Part shown: piece by piece, positions 38,161 through 49,720 of the stretch | Layout of the letters: each line of letters starts with the position of its first letter | Numbering within the stretch: the first letter of the stretch is position 1 | Source: Octopus sinensis | Lineage: Eukaryota | Reading direction: 5' to 3' | Assembly: GCF_006345805.1 (NCBI RefSeq) | Contig: NC_042999.1 | Coordinates: 90,520,001-90,584,000, forward strand | DNA: 64,000 nucleotides | Made by a program: the position numbers and the translations under genes | The notes under the pieces: model-generated | Told to the model about the DNA's origin: nothing | Database searches by the model: none | What the model saw: only the letters and a program-made list of their open reading frames with translations

Positions 38161-39867
38161 TGGGTTGAATGGCTTTGCCAGCACTGCTTGTTCTTTTGTT
38201 CAGCAGCTATTTTGAGATTTGGTTTTACCATTCTTACTACATGTCTTATTCAGGAGCCAACAAAGGAACCAGCAGTTGCTCAACTTACTAAATGGTGGTG
38301 GTGGTGATGGCAATTAATCTTCTGAGTGAACCAAAGAAACTATGTTTCTATTGGATTTCAAATAGCTGATACTATCAACTCATGACAGAAAGATCTGAAT
38401 TTTTCAGTACACAATGGAATTTGAACTCTGAATGTACAGAGGAACAAATATCATAAAATATCCTGTCTGATGCCAATCCACCATCCAAGATTTTTACCTT
38501 TTTTTATTGACCCTGGCATAATGAAAGGCAGAGTTATCCTTGGCAGCATATGCACTCAGGGCATAGACAGTCAGAACAAGTACCACAAGGCAGCTATAGG
38601 CTTGGGAACAGGGGATTTAAGGGTGCAAGCGTACCTGCAAATATTTTTCTAGGGCAATGAGACACTTTGAATATCTTCTGTTGGACCTGGGTTTGCCACC
38701 ACTAAGCAAATTTTATTCCTGCACTGAAGACAGCTTATCCAACTCTTTAATAACTTTACCAATTTGGTTTTGGGCAGTTAAATTAATTTGAATTACACTC
38801 CCCACTCTTGGAAAAGAAAAAAAAGGACACATTAGCCAATTAATCTGAGACACACAAAAAAGTGGGATGGCCACTGCTCGAATGCTATGTGTCATAGGTC
38901 TGTTCAATGAAATATTTACCTGGAGTAAAAAATGACAAAAGAAAAAAAGAATCAGAAATGTAAAGAAAAATTAAAGCAAAAACAAAACAAAACAAAATAA
39001 ATCAACAAATATACTTGGTTTAATACTCTTGACCTTTGGGTGCCTTTATTGGAATCCTGGAGTTCATTCTGTTGCAAATATTGAGGCCAGGTTTCTGATC
39101 TAAGGATAACTTAATATCTTGATTCACTAATTCCCAATAAATCAATTTTTTTCTACACTAACCTCAGGCATCCTGCAATAAGCTATGAGCACTAACACCA
39201 GTCTCAGACATCTTGCAATCAACTATATGCCACTTCTGACTTAGCCACAAAATTTAAAGAAAACAAAAAATGTGGGTCTCTTTCTTTCCAATGTGCACCT
39301 CAATTTATCAACATATCACTTTTTACTCAACATTACTCAATCCATTCATTCATTCACTGTTTATGTTCATAACAGTGCAGCCAACTTTAAGTATCTATCC
39401 CATTCTATCTCAGCCAATCTTTCAGCTGACTTGAGAACTAGCTTGCATGTAGGTTAATAGTACATATCTCTTTAGCTGTTGACACTGGTGCTACTATCCT
39501 ATATGATTAAGTATGTGAGTAACTACCATGACATTTGTGATTTATTTTATTTTTAATATGTCCTACATAGCTTGATACTTTTAACAATTAACTAGAATAC
39601 TTCACAGATATGTTGCTTTTCATTTCTTTCACTTACTTAAAAGTAATATTAACTATACTAATGTTAATATCAATAGCTAGCTTCTCTGCTGGCTCTTCTT
39701 GGAAAGGTCTCTCATTATATCACTTATAGTTCTCATTAAACAGCAGCCCCCTCATACTTGCCCTTTGGTTTGCTTTTCAAAGAGAGCCCTTTGAATTAAT
39801 GAATTAATGACTCAGCGAAACTAAATGTATTTTTTTTAAATGTATACATGTAAATATATTAATAATT

Positions 39868-39911
<44 letters not shown>

Positions 39912-40019
39912 TGCACACACACACACACACACACTCACTCACTCACTCACTGAAAAGCTTACACATAGGTACATATAGAGGTACTCACACACACACACAC
40001 ACACATCACCATCATCATC

Positions 40020-40265
40020 ATTGTTTAACATCTGTTTTCCATGTTGGCATGGGTGAACAGTTTGACATGGAGCTGGACAGCTGGAAGCTGTCCTGATTCC
40101 AACTGTCTGTTATAGCATAGTTTCTATGGCTGGATGCCCTTCCTAACACCAACCACTTAACTGAGTGTGCTGAATGTTTTTTACATGCCACCAGCATGAG
40201 TGCATTCATGCAGCACCAGCACAGGTGTGTTTATGCAGCACCAGCATGGGTGCTATTTATGGCAC
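40020..40265 (-). mobile_element. Family B 3' module with short tandem units
   Basis: Reverse complement of the ggaagggcatccagc module and tgctggtgc units. Confidence 0.8.
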
Positions 40266-40519
40266 CTGAAAGGACAAGCTTGTATGTATGGAAGACAGTG
40301 ATTTTACTTAGCCTGACATGTCTTCTCAAGTACAGCAAATCACTACAACTCCTGATTTCTTGTCATTTCCTCAGTGAGGCCCAGAATCCAAAGATCCTTC
40401 CTTACCATGTCTTCGTAGGTCTACCTTTCTACAGGTTCCCTTCACAATTAGAGCTCGGGACCTTTTTACACAGCTGTCTTCATCCATATGCATCAACATG
40501 CATCATGTATGCATGCATA

Positions 40520-40662
40520 ACCTTGCTTCCCTGTCATATGGTTCCGGGTTCAATCCCACTGTGTGACACCTTGGGCAAGTGTCTTCTAGTATAGTCTCAG
40601 GCTGACCAAAGCCTTGTGAGGGGATTTGGTAGACGGAAACTGAAAGAAGTCCATTTTGTATA
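40520..40662 (+). mobile_element. SINE family A, 5' half (interrupted by Tc1)
   Basis: ggttcaatcccactgtgtgacaccttgggcaagtgtcttct..ggaaactgaaagaag. Confidence 0.88.
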
Positions 40663-40672
40663 TACACAGACA

Positions 40673-41918
40673 TGCAAGAAGTAAATAGACACCTTTAATT
40701 TTCAAAATTTCTCATCTAGGTGTCTTAATATGTTTTCAGCAGTGTAGAATTTACAATGTAATTATTCTTTTCATTCCAAGTGCCATTATATTAAACATTT
40801 GCAAAGAGTAACCATGCCATGCACAAAAAATTCAGCAGAACTGTCAGATTTTCAAAGAGGTCATATTGTTGGGCAATCTGAGGCTGGTCTTAGATAGCGA
40901 AGAATTGCTGAACATCTTCAAATTCCTCTTGCTACTGTTAATAGAATTATAGTGCAATTGAAAAGCCAAAGAAAAGAATCAACTGATTCTCATCCCAGCT
41001 AACCTGGGCCCTCAGAAAGGAAGCTTTGCTGTTTGAAGAGAATTGTGGAAAACGAACCCCGTTCGAAGGCTTCTGACATTGCAAAACAGCTTGGAGTTAG
41101 TTCAAGAATGTGTGTTACATATCTGCATAAGCTTGGGTATTATGGACGAGCAGCTAGAAGAAAACCTCTCCTTCAACCAATTAATATCATGAAAAGAAAG
41201 AAATGGACTAAGGAGATGTCAGAAAAAGTTTTTGGATAGAGTGATTTTCTCAGATGAACCCATATTTGCATTATTTTCAGACGTGTTTTGGTCTGGAGGC
41301 TTTCCAATCAAGAATTTGATTTGAGACGACTCCAACCAACTGTGAAACATGGCGGTATCTCTGTAATGGTATGGGGAGCTGTCACCAGCAATGGTCGTTC
41401 TGAGCTGATGGAATGTGTTAGGACCATAAACTCTAAAAAAATATATCGAAATACTTAAGCGAGGACTACTTCCGATGTATTCACATGTTAGCATAATAAA
41501 AAATGAGTTTTTGTTCATGGAAGATGGGGCTCCATGCCACTTAGTGAAAAGGAATCAATAATGGCTGATTGAAAATGGGATCAAAAAGCTTCCTTGGCCA
41601 AGTCAATCTCCTGACATGAACCGAATTGAAAATCTTTGAAGCATACTAGATAGAGCTGTACAAAAAACTTGGCAGAAACCTAAATCTAAAGATGAATTGT
41701 TTTGATTGTTGCATGAAAAGTGGACAGAAATTCCACAAGAGACAATCACAAAGCTTATCAGTTCAATGCCAAAACGAGTTTCTGAATGAAAAACTGCAAA
41801 GGGAATGTCAACTAAATACTAAAGTATGTAGTCCTACCTATCAATTACATTTCAATTGTTCACTTTGCATATTAAATAAAAGATTTTGAAAATAAAAGGT
41901 GTCTATTTACTTCCTGCA
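40673..41918 (+). mobile_element. Full-length degenerate Tc1 transposon (DD34E)
   Basis: TIRs tgca(a/g)gaagtaaatagacacctt..ttttcaaaat at both ends. Transposase relic 40814-41822: [55 protein letters not shown]. Confidence 0.95.
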
Positions 41919-42083
41919 AGTTACAGAGATGTAAGCACACCAACACTAGTTGTCAAGCAGTGACAAAGGGACAAACACAGACACAAACACACACACACAC
42001 ACACGCACATATATATGCATGTACGTATGTATGTATGTATATATGTATGCATGTATGTATGTATGTATGTATGTATGTATGTG

Positions 42084-42300
42084 TGTGTGTGTTTGTGTCT
42101 GTGTTTGTCCCTTCGTCACTGCTTGACAACTAATCTTGGTGTGTTTACATCTCCGTAACTTAGCAGTTCAGCAAAAGGGTTCGATAGAGTATGTACCAGG
42201 CTTTAAAAAATAAATACTGGAGTTAATAGTTAATTCATTTCATTAAAAATTCTTCATGGCAGTGCCCCAGCATGGCCACAGTCCAATGACTGAAACAAGT
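42084..42300 (+). mobile_element. SINE family A, 3' half
   Basis: Matches the family 3' half and tail; there is an inverted partial copy at 41919-41995. Confidence 0.88.
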
Positions 42301-42630
42301 AATATATATATAAATCATTTGTAGAAAACATAAATCCAGACAAGAAGTGCACTCTAAGATATAAATACAAATAGATTTAAAAAAAAACATGAATCAATAG
42401 CATAATACGCACAGTACTTACCAGAAACGTAATATGCATTTTCTTAGTATATAAATAGATGAATTGACAGATATGTGTTCAAAGATTTCTATATATTGTA
42501 TTATATTATAAATTACAGATTATTATCGTATCTTAATTTCAATTTATTCTATTTAATCCCATTTTATTTTGTTTTATTTTCATTTTTACATTTTAGAACA
42601 TTTACATTTTTCATTTTAGAACAAATACAG

Positions 42631-42673
<43 letters not shown>

Positions 42674-42834
42674 TACTTAGTATATTTAACCAATGCTTAT
42701 TGTATACATGTGTATATAGGTCTATGTGTATATGTATTAACTTGAGTAATACATCTATTAACTGATAGAATATTCAAATTTAAGTAAATGCTAACACATA
42801 TATAAATTTGATTAAATACTATTTGATGAACATA

Positions 42835-43136
42835 AGCATCATCCGAACGTGGCTGATGTCAGCACCACCCTGATTGGTTTCTGTGCCGGTGGCACATAAA
42901 AAGTACCAAAAGATCGTTGTTGTTGCCAGCCTCCTCTGGCTCCTGTGCCAGTGGCAAATAAAAAGCACCCACTACACTCTTGGAGTGGTTGGTGTTAGGA
43001 AGGACATCTAGCAGTAGAAACATTGCGAGATCAGATTGGAGCCTGATGCAGCCTCCTGGCTTCCAAGACCCCAGTTGAACAGTCCAACTCATGCCAGGAT
43101 GGAAAACGGACGTAAAACGATGATGATGATGATGAT
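42835..43136 (+). mobile_element. Family B 3' module
   Basis: Two hairpin units, then cactcttggagtggttggtgttaggaagg..cggacgtaaaacgatgatg. Confidence 0.88.
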
Positions 43137-43460
43137 GTATACATGAATATTTACTAGTATCTACTAGTAAGCCAATGGAAATTATACAAATATAACAGTT
43201 TATTATTTATTGTGTATTTTCCTAATTTATTTATTTATTTGTTTTCATCATCATCATCATCATCGTTTAATGTCCAACAATATTTTATTATTCATATTAT
43301 AGATATTTTTGAATAAATTTATTTATTTTATATATTTTTACTTACTTGAATTATAACCTTAGAAAATACATACACAAAATATCTATATGAAATAACATGT
43401 TAAACTTCTTTAGTTGTAGATTTGAATCCCTTCAACAAAGATGTAACTTCCATTATTATT

Positions 43461-43587
43461 AAGACAAAAACCCTGAAGAGATTCTACCCCTTACAGCTTC
43501 AATTCTTAACATTGTATTTAACCCAAATGCTTTGAATTATGCATTACCAAGGGGCTAGAATCGAAATATGTAGATTTTTTGAGTCTT
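43461..43587 (+). ncRNA. Type I hammerhead ribozyme (predicted)
   Basis: Core CUGAAGA 43473-79 and GAAA 43563-66. Stem II has 13 bp with one bulge. Minimal stem III AUAUGU; cleavage triplet GUA ending at 43572. Stem I aagac-aaaaa-cc pairs with g-a-ttttt-(tga)-gtctt. Confidence 0.72.
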
Positions 43588-44099
43588 CTATTGTGTTTTT
43601 TAAAAATTTATTTTTATTTATATCGTAACAAACTATGATACAAATTAACTATACATTCTCAATTCTCCATTTTCTTACATTAATTTTACTTATATATATG
43701 TGTGTGTATGTGTGTGTATATGTATGTATATATATATAAATACATACACACACACACACACATACATAGATATTCTCTTCCATATTGGCTAACTCTGATG
43801 AGTGTAAGGTTATATAATCGGATTGTTACATAACACTCCATTGTATTCCTTCTGCAAAACTAATTGGTAAGATCAGCCGTAATGGATATACAATACTATT
43901 TATTTTGGATAATATACCCACTCTATTTACAGATATATGAGTGCATGTTTTCTCTGACTTATGGTCGCTTAGACAACTCATGTACACACAGACACGCACA
44001 CACACACACACATGTAATGTATATATCACCCTCATCATCATCACCATCATTGTTTAATGTCCACCTTCCATGCTGGCATGGGTGGAATATTTATTTATA

Positions 44100-44131
<32 letters not shown>

Positions 44132-44137
<6 letters not shown>

Positions 44138-44500
44138 CACGTAAAAAGCACCATCCGACCGTGGCCGTTTGCCAGCCTTGCCTGGCCCCCGTGCTGGTGG
44201 CACGTAAAAAGCACCATCCGATCGTGGCCGTTGCCAGCCTTGCCTGGCCCCCGTGCCGGTGGCACGTAAAAAGCACCATCCGACCATGGCCGTTTGCCAG
44301 CCCTGTCTGGCAGCGGTGCCAGTGGCACGTAAAAAGCACCCACTACACTCATGGAGTGGTTGGCATTAGGAAGGGCATCCAGCCGTAGAAACATTGCCAG
44401 ATCAGACTGGGCCTGGTGCAGCCTTCTGGCTTCCCAGACCCCAGTTGAACCGTCCAACCCATGCTAGCATGGAAAGCGGACGCTAAATGATGATGATATA
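44132..44500 (+). mobile_element. Family B 3' module with three 61-62-bp units
   Basis: Repeated gtggcacgtaaaaagcaccatccga..gccagccttgcctggc units and the (GAT)n tail. Confidence 0.92.
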
Positions 44501-44976
44501 TACATACATGCATCTCTAATACCATTATATGTGCATGTATGTGTAAGTGTATATGTGTGTATGCACATGTGTGTGTGTGTGTGAGTGCAGGCATAAAATG
44601 ATGCTAAATTTTGTGAAACAAATTAGAGCTGGTATAAAACCAAAATATGTCAGTTTGATGCCTTTGGCACATAAAACAGAAAGAAAATGATAATAGGCTG
44701 AAAACAATTTTGCTGCAATATTGCTTTTCGTTTTTTCTAATACATCCTGATATATTCCAGAAAGTTCTTGTCTATGGTTTTGTCACAATTTTTCATTTCC
44801 ACTGTTAAAACTATGAGACAGTAACAATATAATAAAGGTATTTTCAGGTATAATTCATTGTCAGTAAAATAAGTATTGATATGAGCTATCTCCATATGTC
44901 TTCATCTTATTTGCATTCCAGGTTTTGCCTAAACTCGTCTGTCATTCTTAACTATTATTATAGAAACTAATACCTA

Positions 44977-45401
<425 letters not shown>

Positions 45402-45744
45402 GTATGAATGTGCATGTGTATGTGTATGTGCGTGTGTATGCACATGTGTGTGCATGTGTTGTGTCTATTATATGTCAAGATTTGTAGGAAATATATTTGA
45501 ATGTAGTGCTAGCTGTTCAAAGCACCAAATTTTGTACTGTTAAGCAAATCACCACCAATTTCCTCTGATTCCTAGATTTTCTTCCACTTAGGATATCTAA
45601 AGTATGGTCTACTTCAAGTGTAGAAGTTATTACCTGCTGTTCTTCTCATTTAGTGTTATTTCACTTCACTTGCATTATTAATGCTCTAAAAATGTATGAT
45701 GGTCACCAAATCATATTTCTCTCTTCCATTATTAAAATATAAAA

Positions 45745-45935
45745 GGCTGGGAAAAATGCTTAGTGGCATTTCATCTGTCTTTATGTTCTGAGTTCAAATC
45801 CTGTCAAAAGTCTTCTTTGCCTTTCATCCTTTTGGGATCAATAAAATAAATACCAGTTGAGCACTGGGGTTGATGTAATTGACCTAACACCCTTCCCTGA
45901 AACTATTGGCCTTGTTCCAAAATTTGAAGCCAAAA
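45745..45935 (+). mobile_element. tRNA-derived SINE family E
   Basis: gagttcaaatcc B box, ctttgcctttcatccttttggg..ataaaataaataccagtt..ctggggttgat..ggccttg. Further copies near 37690, 54225 and 58530. Confidence 0.8.
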
Positions 45936-46035
45936 TTAAAATATATAATTTTTGCATAATGAAATTTTCCTAACATAAGAGAATATTTAAGTTTGGGACG
46001 AATTTCAGTGTCTCTAGTCTTATATAGAGAGTGCT

Positions 46036-46359
46036 TTAAAGACTCCGCCGGTTACGACGACGAGGGTCCCAGCTGATACGATCAACGGAACAGCTTGCTC
46101 GTGAAATTAACGTGCAAATGGCTGAGCATTCCACAGACACGTGTACCCTTAACGTAGTTCTCGGGGATAATCAGCGTGACACAGAGAGTGACAAGGCTGA
46201 CCCTTTGAAATACAAGTACAACTCATTTTTGCCAGCTGAGTGGACTGGAGCAACGTGAAATAAAGTGTCTTGCTCAAGGACACAACGCGTCGCCGGGAAT
46301 CGAACTCACAACCTTACGATCATGAGCCGAATGCCCTAACCACTAAGCCACGCGCCCTC
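46036..46359 (-). mobile_element. Young full-length tRNA-derived SINE with a 12-bp TSD
   Basis: A box tggcttagtggtt and B box gagttcgattccc; CpG-rich. TSD atagagagtgct at 46024-46035 and 46360-46371. Confidence 0.95.
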
Positions 46360-46399
46360 ATAGAGAGTGCTAGTTCATCATAGATAACTGTGTCACTCT

Positions 46400-46561
46400 G
46401 TGAAATGGTTGGTGTTAGGAAAGACATCCAGCTGTAGCAACCATGTGCCAAAGCAGGCACTGGAGCCTGGCACAGTCCTCTGTTTCATTGGCTTCACTCT
46501 GTCAAACAGTCCAATCCATGCCAGCATGGAAAACAGACGTTAAATGACAATGATGATGATA

Positions 46562-46608
<47 letters not shown>

Positions 46609-46620
46609 AACAATGATGAT
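46400..46620 (+). mobile_element. Family B 3' module with an expanded (GAT)n tail
   Basis: tggttggtgttaggaaagacatccagctgtag..agcatggaaaacagacgttaaatga. Confidence 0.85.
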
Positions 46621-48123
46621 GGGGATGATCTGTTGTGTAGATTATCTGATGTTATATCATCAGATCATCTAACACCATAAGCTATTATAGACTAACAAAA
46701 CACTAAATGAACCTTAGTAGCAAGAGTAGCATGTGCTATGAGCTAGCATTTTCAAGGGGCCTATGCTAAATGCTTTATTAGTGTATTACTATAGTGTCTT
46801 CAATATGTATGAAAGACTGGTAGTTTAAGAATGATCTAGTACTTGGAATACTTTTGAGATCCAATACACTTTAGATTAAAAGCTTGTAAGGTTTCCTTTG
46901 TGATACAATGATTCTTCACCTGCCCTACAACTATACTGCTATACAAGTCTTCATTATTTTTAAATGGCTAGTTGTGTGAAGTTGATCCAATACTTAGAAT
47001 ACTTTCACAATCAAATACACTTTAAAGTAAACAAATTACAATAATCAAATTGAATAGCAACAATAAATGGGCAGACTTACTTTAGTTTTGTGAAATGTTA
47101 ATTAATAGACATAGCATTTTAATTCTCCATTTTGATACATTAAACTTGTTATACAATAATTAAGTTTAATTATTGTTTTTCTTACAAATAAGATCAGACA
47201 AATGAATTAGGTTATCATCAAATGTGTCTTGGACTCTATAATGCTAACCATTCCCATTAAATCAAATTGAGACTTTTTAATGCAATTAAGCAAAACTACA
47301 GTACAAATAACTAGTATGAATTAATATAATCACATTTTCATGCCAGATCATTGAAACATTATATTAGGATTGTGTATCAGGAGAGAAGATTTAACTTGTG
47401 TATTTTGTGAACTGGCATAGTTGTCAGAATATCAAATAGAATGAATCATGGTATTTGTTCCAACTCTGTATGCTAAGTGTTCAAATCCCACCAAGGAATT
47501 GGAAAAGCAGTAATATTATCAAACTGAATGCTAGATACTTTATTTCCTTGGATTTGATATTAGAACATTTAGACTTAAAATTAAATCTGAATTTTATAAA
47601 AATGCCTGCTGATATTTTTTCAGCCACCATTTTTGATGTTGTTTGAATGTGTGTTTTACCTGATGAATTTACCTTCAAAGGGGAAGAAATCTCTTCTAGG
47701 CTAAATTCTGTTATGTTGAAGAATTATGTGTATCTAAAATTTAGTTCTTAATCATTTTTATTTCTACATAAATTAAAGCTCTTAAAGTTTCTTTTTCTTA
47801 AAGATTTTAGCCAACAATATCTATGTATGGTCCATTTCAGTCTTCTTTTAGAATTTTCAGTATGGCATAACCCAAAACAAATTAACTATGCTAAATTCAA
47901 CGAATTTCACAAAAAAAAGATTTCTTAAAAAACAGAAAATAGTTGACAATCTAAAAACAGTTTAAAAGCATTTCTTGCTTTGTGGGGTTTTTTTTTCATC
48001 CTAAGCCATTAACTATTTGGCAGTAGAGGAAAGAGCATAGAGAACAGAGGATTATTGTACTGCAGGTAAAATATTTTCATTGTAAATTTACTTTGTGAAA
48101 AAGTTTTCGTTTTTTTTGTTGCC

Positions 48124-48369
48124 ATCTATATATATATATATATAACACAGGATGCGTGTCTCTTTGTGTGTTTGTCATGTCATTATAACTTGAGATCCAC
48201 CAAACCGCTTCTAATGAAATTTTACACAAGTATTTCATAGGGTCCATTGAGTGTCATGGGCCAAAAATATTTTCAGCTTCTTACCTAATGTGGGTCCAGT
48301 GGCAGATAAACTGAATTTTTAAAGTATTTTGCAGCATTAAGGCCTGTAACTTGAAGGGTATCCAGTAGC
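48124..48369 (+). mobile_element. Possible non-autonomous Helitron-like element
   Basis: Starts atctatatatata..gtgtgtttgtc..aaccgcttctaatgaaattttacac, a pattern typical of such elements. The 3' end is unclear. Confidence 0.45.
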
Positions 48370-48986
48370 TTTCCTTCAAATTTGCAACAAATATTAATCA
48401 GGCTTCTTGAATTGCAGTTGACTAAGAAAATTTCTGACACTGACTATGGGCTCCCCACAAAATGTAGATTAATCAGGTTTGAGTATACTGCACTGGGTTT
48501 TATCTTTGTTTTAGGCCATTTTATGATGATAAAATATTGACACTACTTATGCATTATAAGTAGCATATAATATTTTATGAAAACCTTTATGTCCAATTTG
48601 GCAGAGGAAATGAGAACATTAAAATTTTTGTCAGTGCCCAGTTGATGCTTCATGTTACTATCCCGTGCATCACCAGGCCATGTGCGTGTGTGTGTGTGTA
48701 TGGCTGGGTAAAGGCAGAACAAACCCATTCATCCATTCTCCAGAACTGCCCTGTCAATGTTTCACATTTCCAATCCTGTGCAACACAGCATGGGCTGGCA
48801 GCATGTTTGCTTTCTATGTCATCCATGTCTGAACTATATAATGCAAAATGTTAATACAAAAAACAAACAGCTGTTGTGACTCACTGCCATTTGAGTTTGA
48901 CTGCGTGGCCACTTCTGAAAGCTACATTCGCCACCTGCAATTCCCTCCTTTATGTTCCCTCCCCTGTTTAGCCAGATGTATAAATA

Positions 48987-49464
48987 CAGGGTGTCCAGGA
49001 TTAATGATGATTTGAGTGAAATTGGATGCAGTTTTTTAAAGCTCATTTTTATTTATGTTTATCATGCTTGATATGTGTTAAAAGTGTATAAATTTTGAAT
49101 TATGTTTATAATTTTATTTTCATTCATGTTGAACCCCTCTTATTTGTCCATGACAGCTTTTTTTCAAATTTAGCAGCAATAATTTTCTTTACCTCCACTT
49201 CAAAGATGGAGTAATTGTTTAGCTGAGCTTAAAGAACACATTCAGTTTGCAGTACAGGAGCTAACTCCTGAAATGCTTCAAAATGTGTTTCACAATGCTA
49301 AGGAGAGATTTGAAGTATGCAGGGATACAGACATGTTAAAAACTTTCAATAGTTTGACATAAGATTTATGAATCAATTTGTTTTGGTAATAAACATAAAA
49401 TTCTGTTGGTTTTTTAAATTTCCTCAATTTCATTGAAACAGATAATTAATTCTGGAACACCCTG
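48987..49464 (+). mobile_element. Internally deleted Tc1/mariner-superfamily element with CAGGGTGT termini
   Basis: TA-cagggtgtccaggattaat ... attaattctggaacaccctg. Internal relic LAELKEHIQ..TPEMLQNVFHNAKERFEVC resembles a transposase C-terminus. Confidence 0.8.
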
Positions 49465-49601
49465 TGTGGTGTAACATTGTTAGTTGTTGTGTTGTTTGAG
49501 TAAATATTAAAATCAAAGGTCTTCTCGCTGTAAACATCCCATCTTTTTGTTAAGCATATTGTATCAAGGAGTATATTATCCAAAATGTATTTCTCCTTTA
49601 T

Positions 49602-49720
49602 AGGCGTGGCTGTGTGGTTGGGAAGCTTGCTTTCCAACCATGTTACCTTGGGTTCAGTCCCTCTGTGTGGTACATTGGGCAATTCTCTTTCATTACAGCT
49701 CCATGCCGACTAAAGCCTTG
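49602..49720 (+). mobile_element. SINE family A, 5' fragment
   Basis: ggcgtggctgtgtggttgggaagcttgc..gggttcagtccc..taaagccttgtg. Confidence 0.8.

Noticed and set aside
39165-39245. Good-looking splice acceptor followed by the LRR-like peptide AMSTNTSLRHLAI
   Set aside because: All three frames hit a stop shortly after the acceptor.
40673-41918. Fanzor/TnpB-type cargo in the DNA transposons
   Set aside because: The Tc1, mariner and Chapaev-like elements contain only transposase relics, with no extra ORF or RuvC-like motifs.
43795-43850. Second hammerhead core (CTGATGAG) 322 bp downstream of the first
   Set aside because: It is followed by CGGAT rather than GAAA, and I could not build a stem I.
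46280-46359. tRNA genes at the A/B-box-containing heads
   Set aside because: No complete cloverleaf; the heads run directly into SINE bodies.
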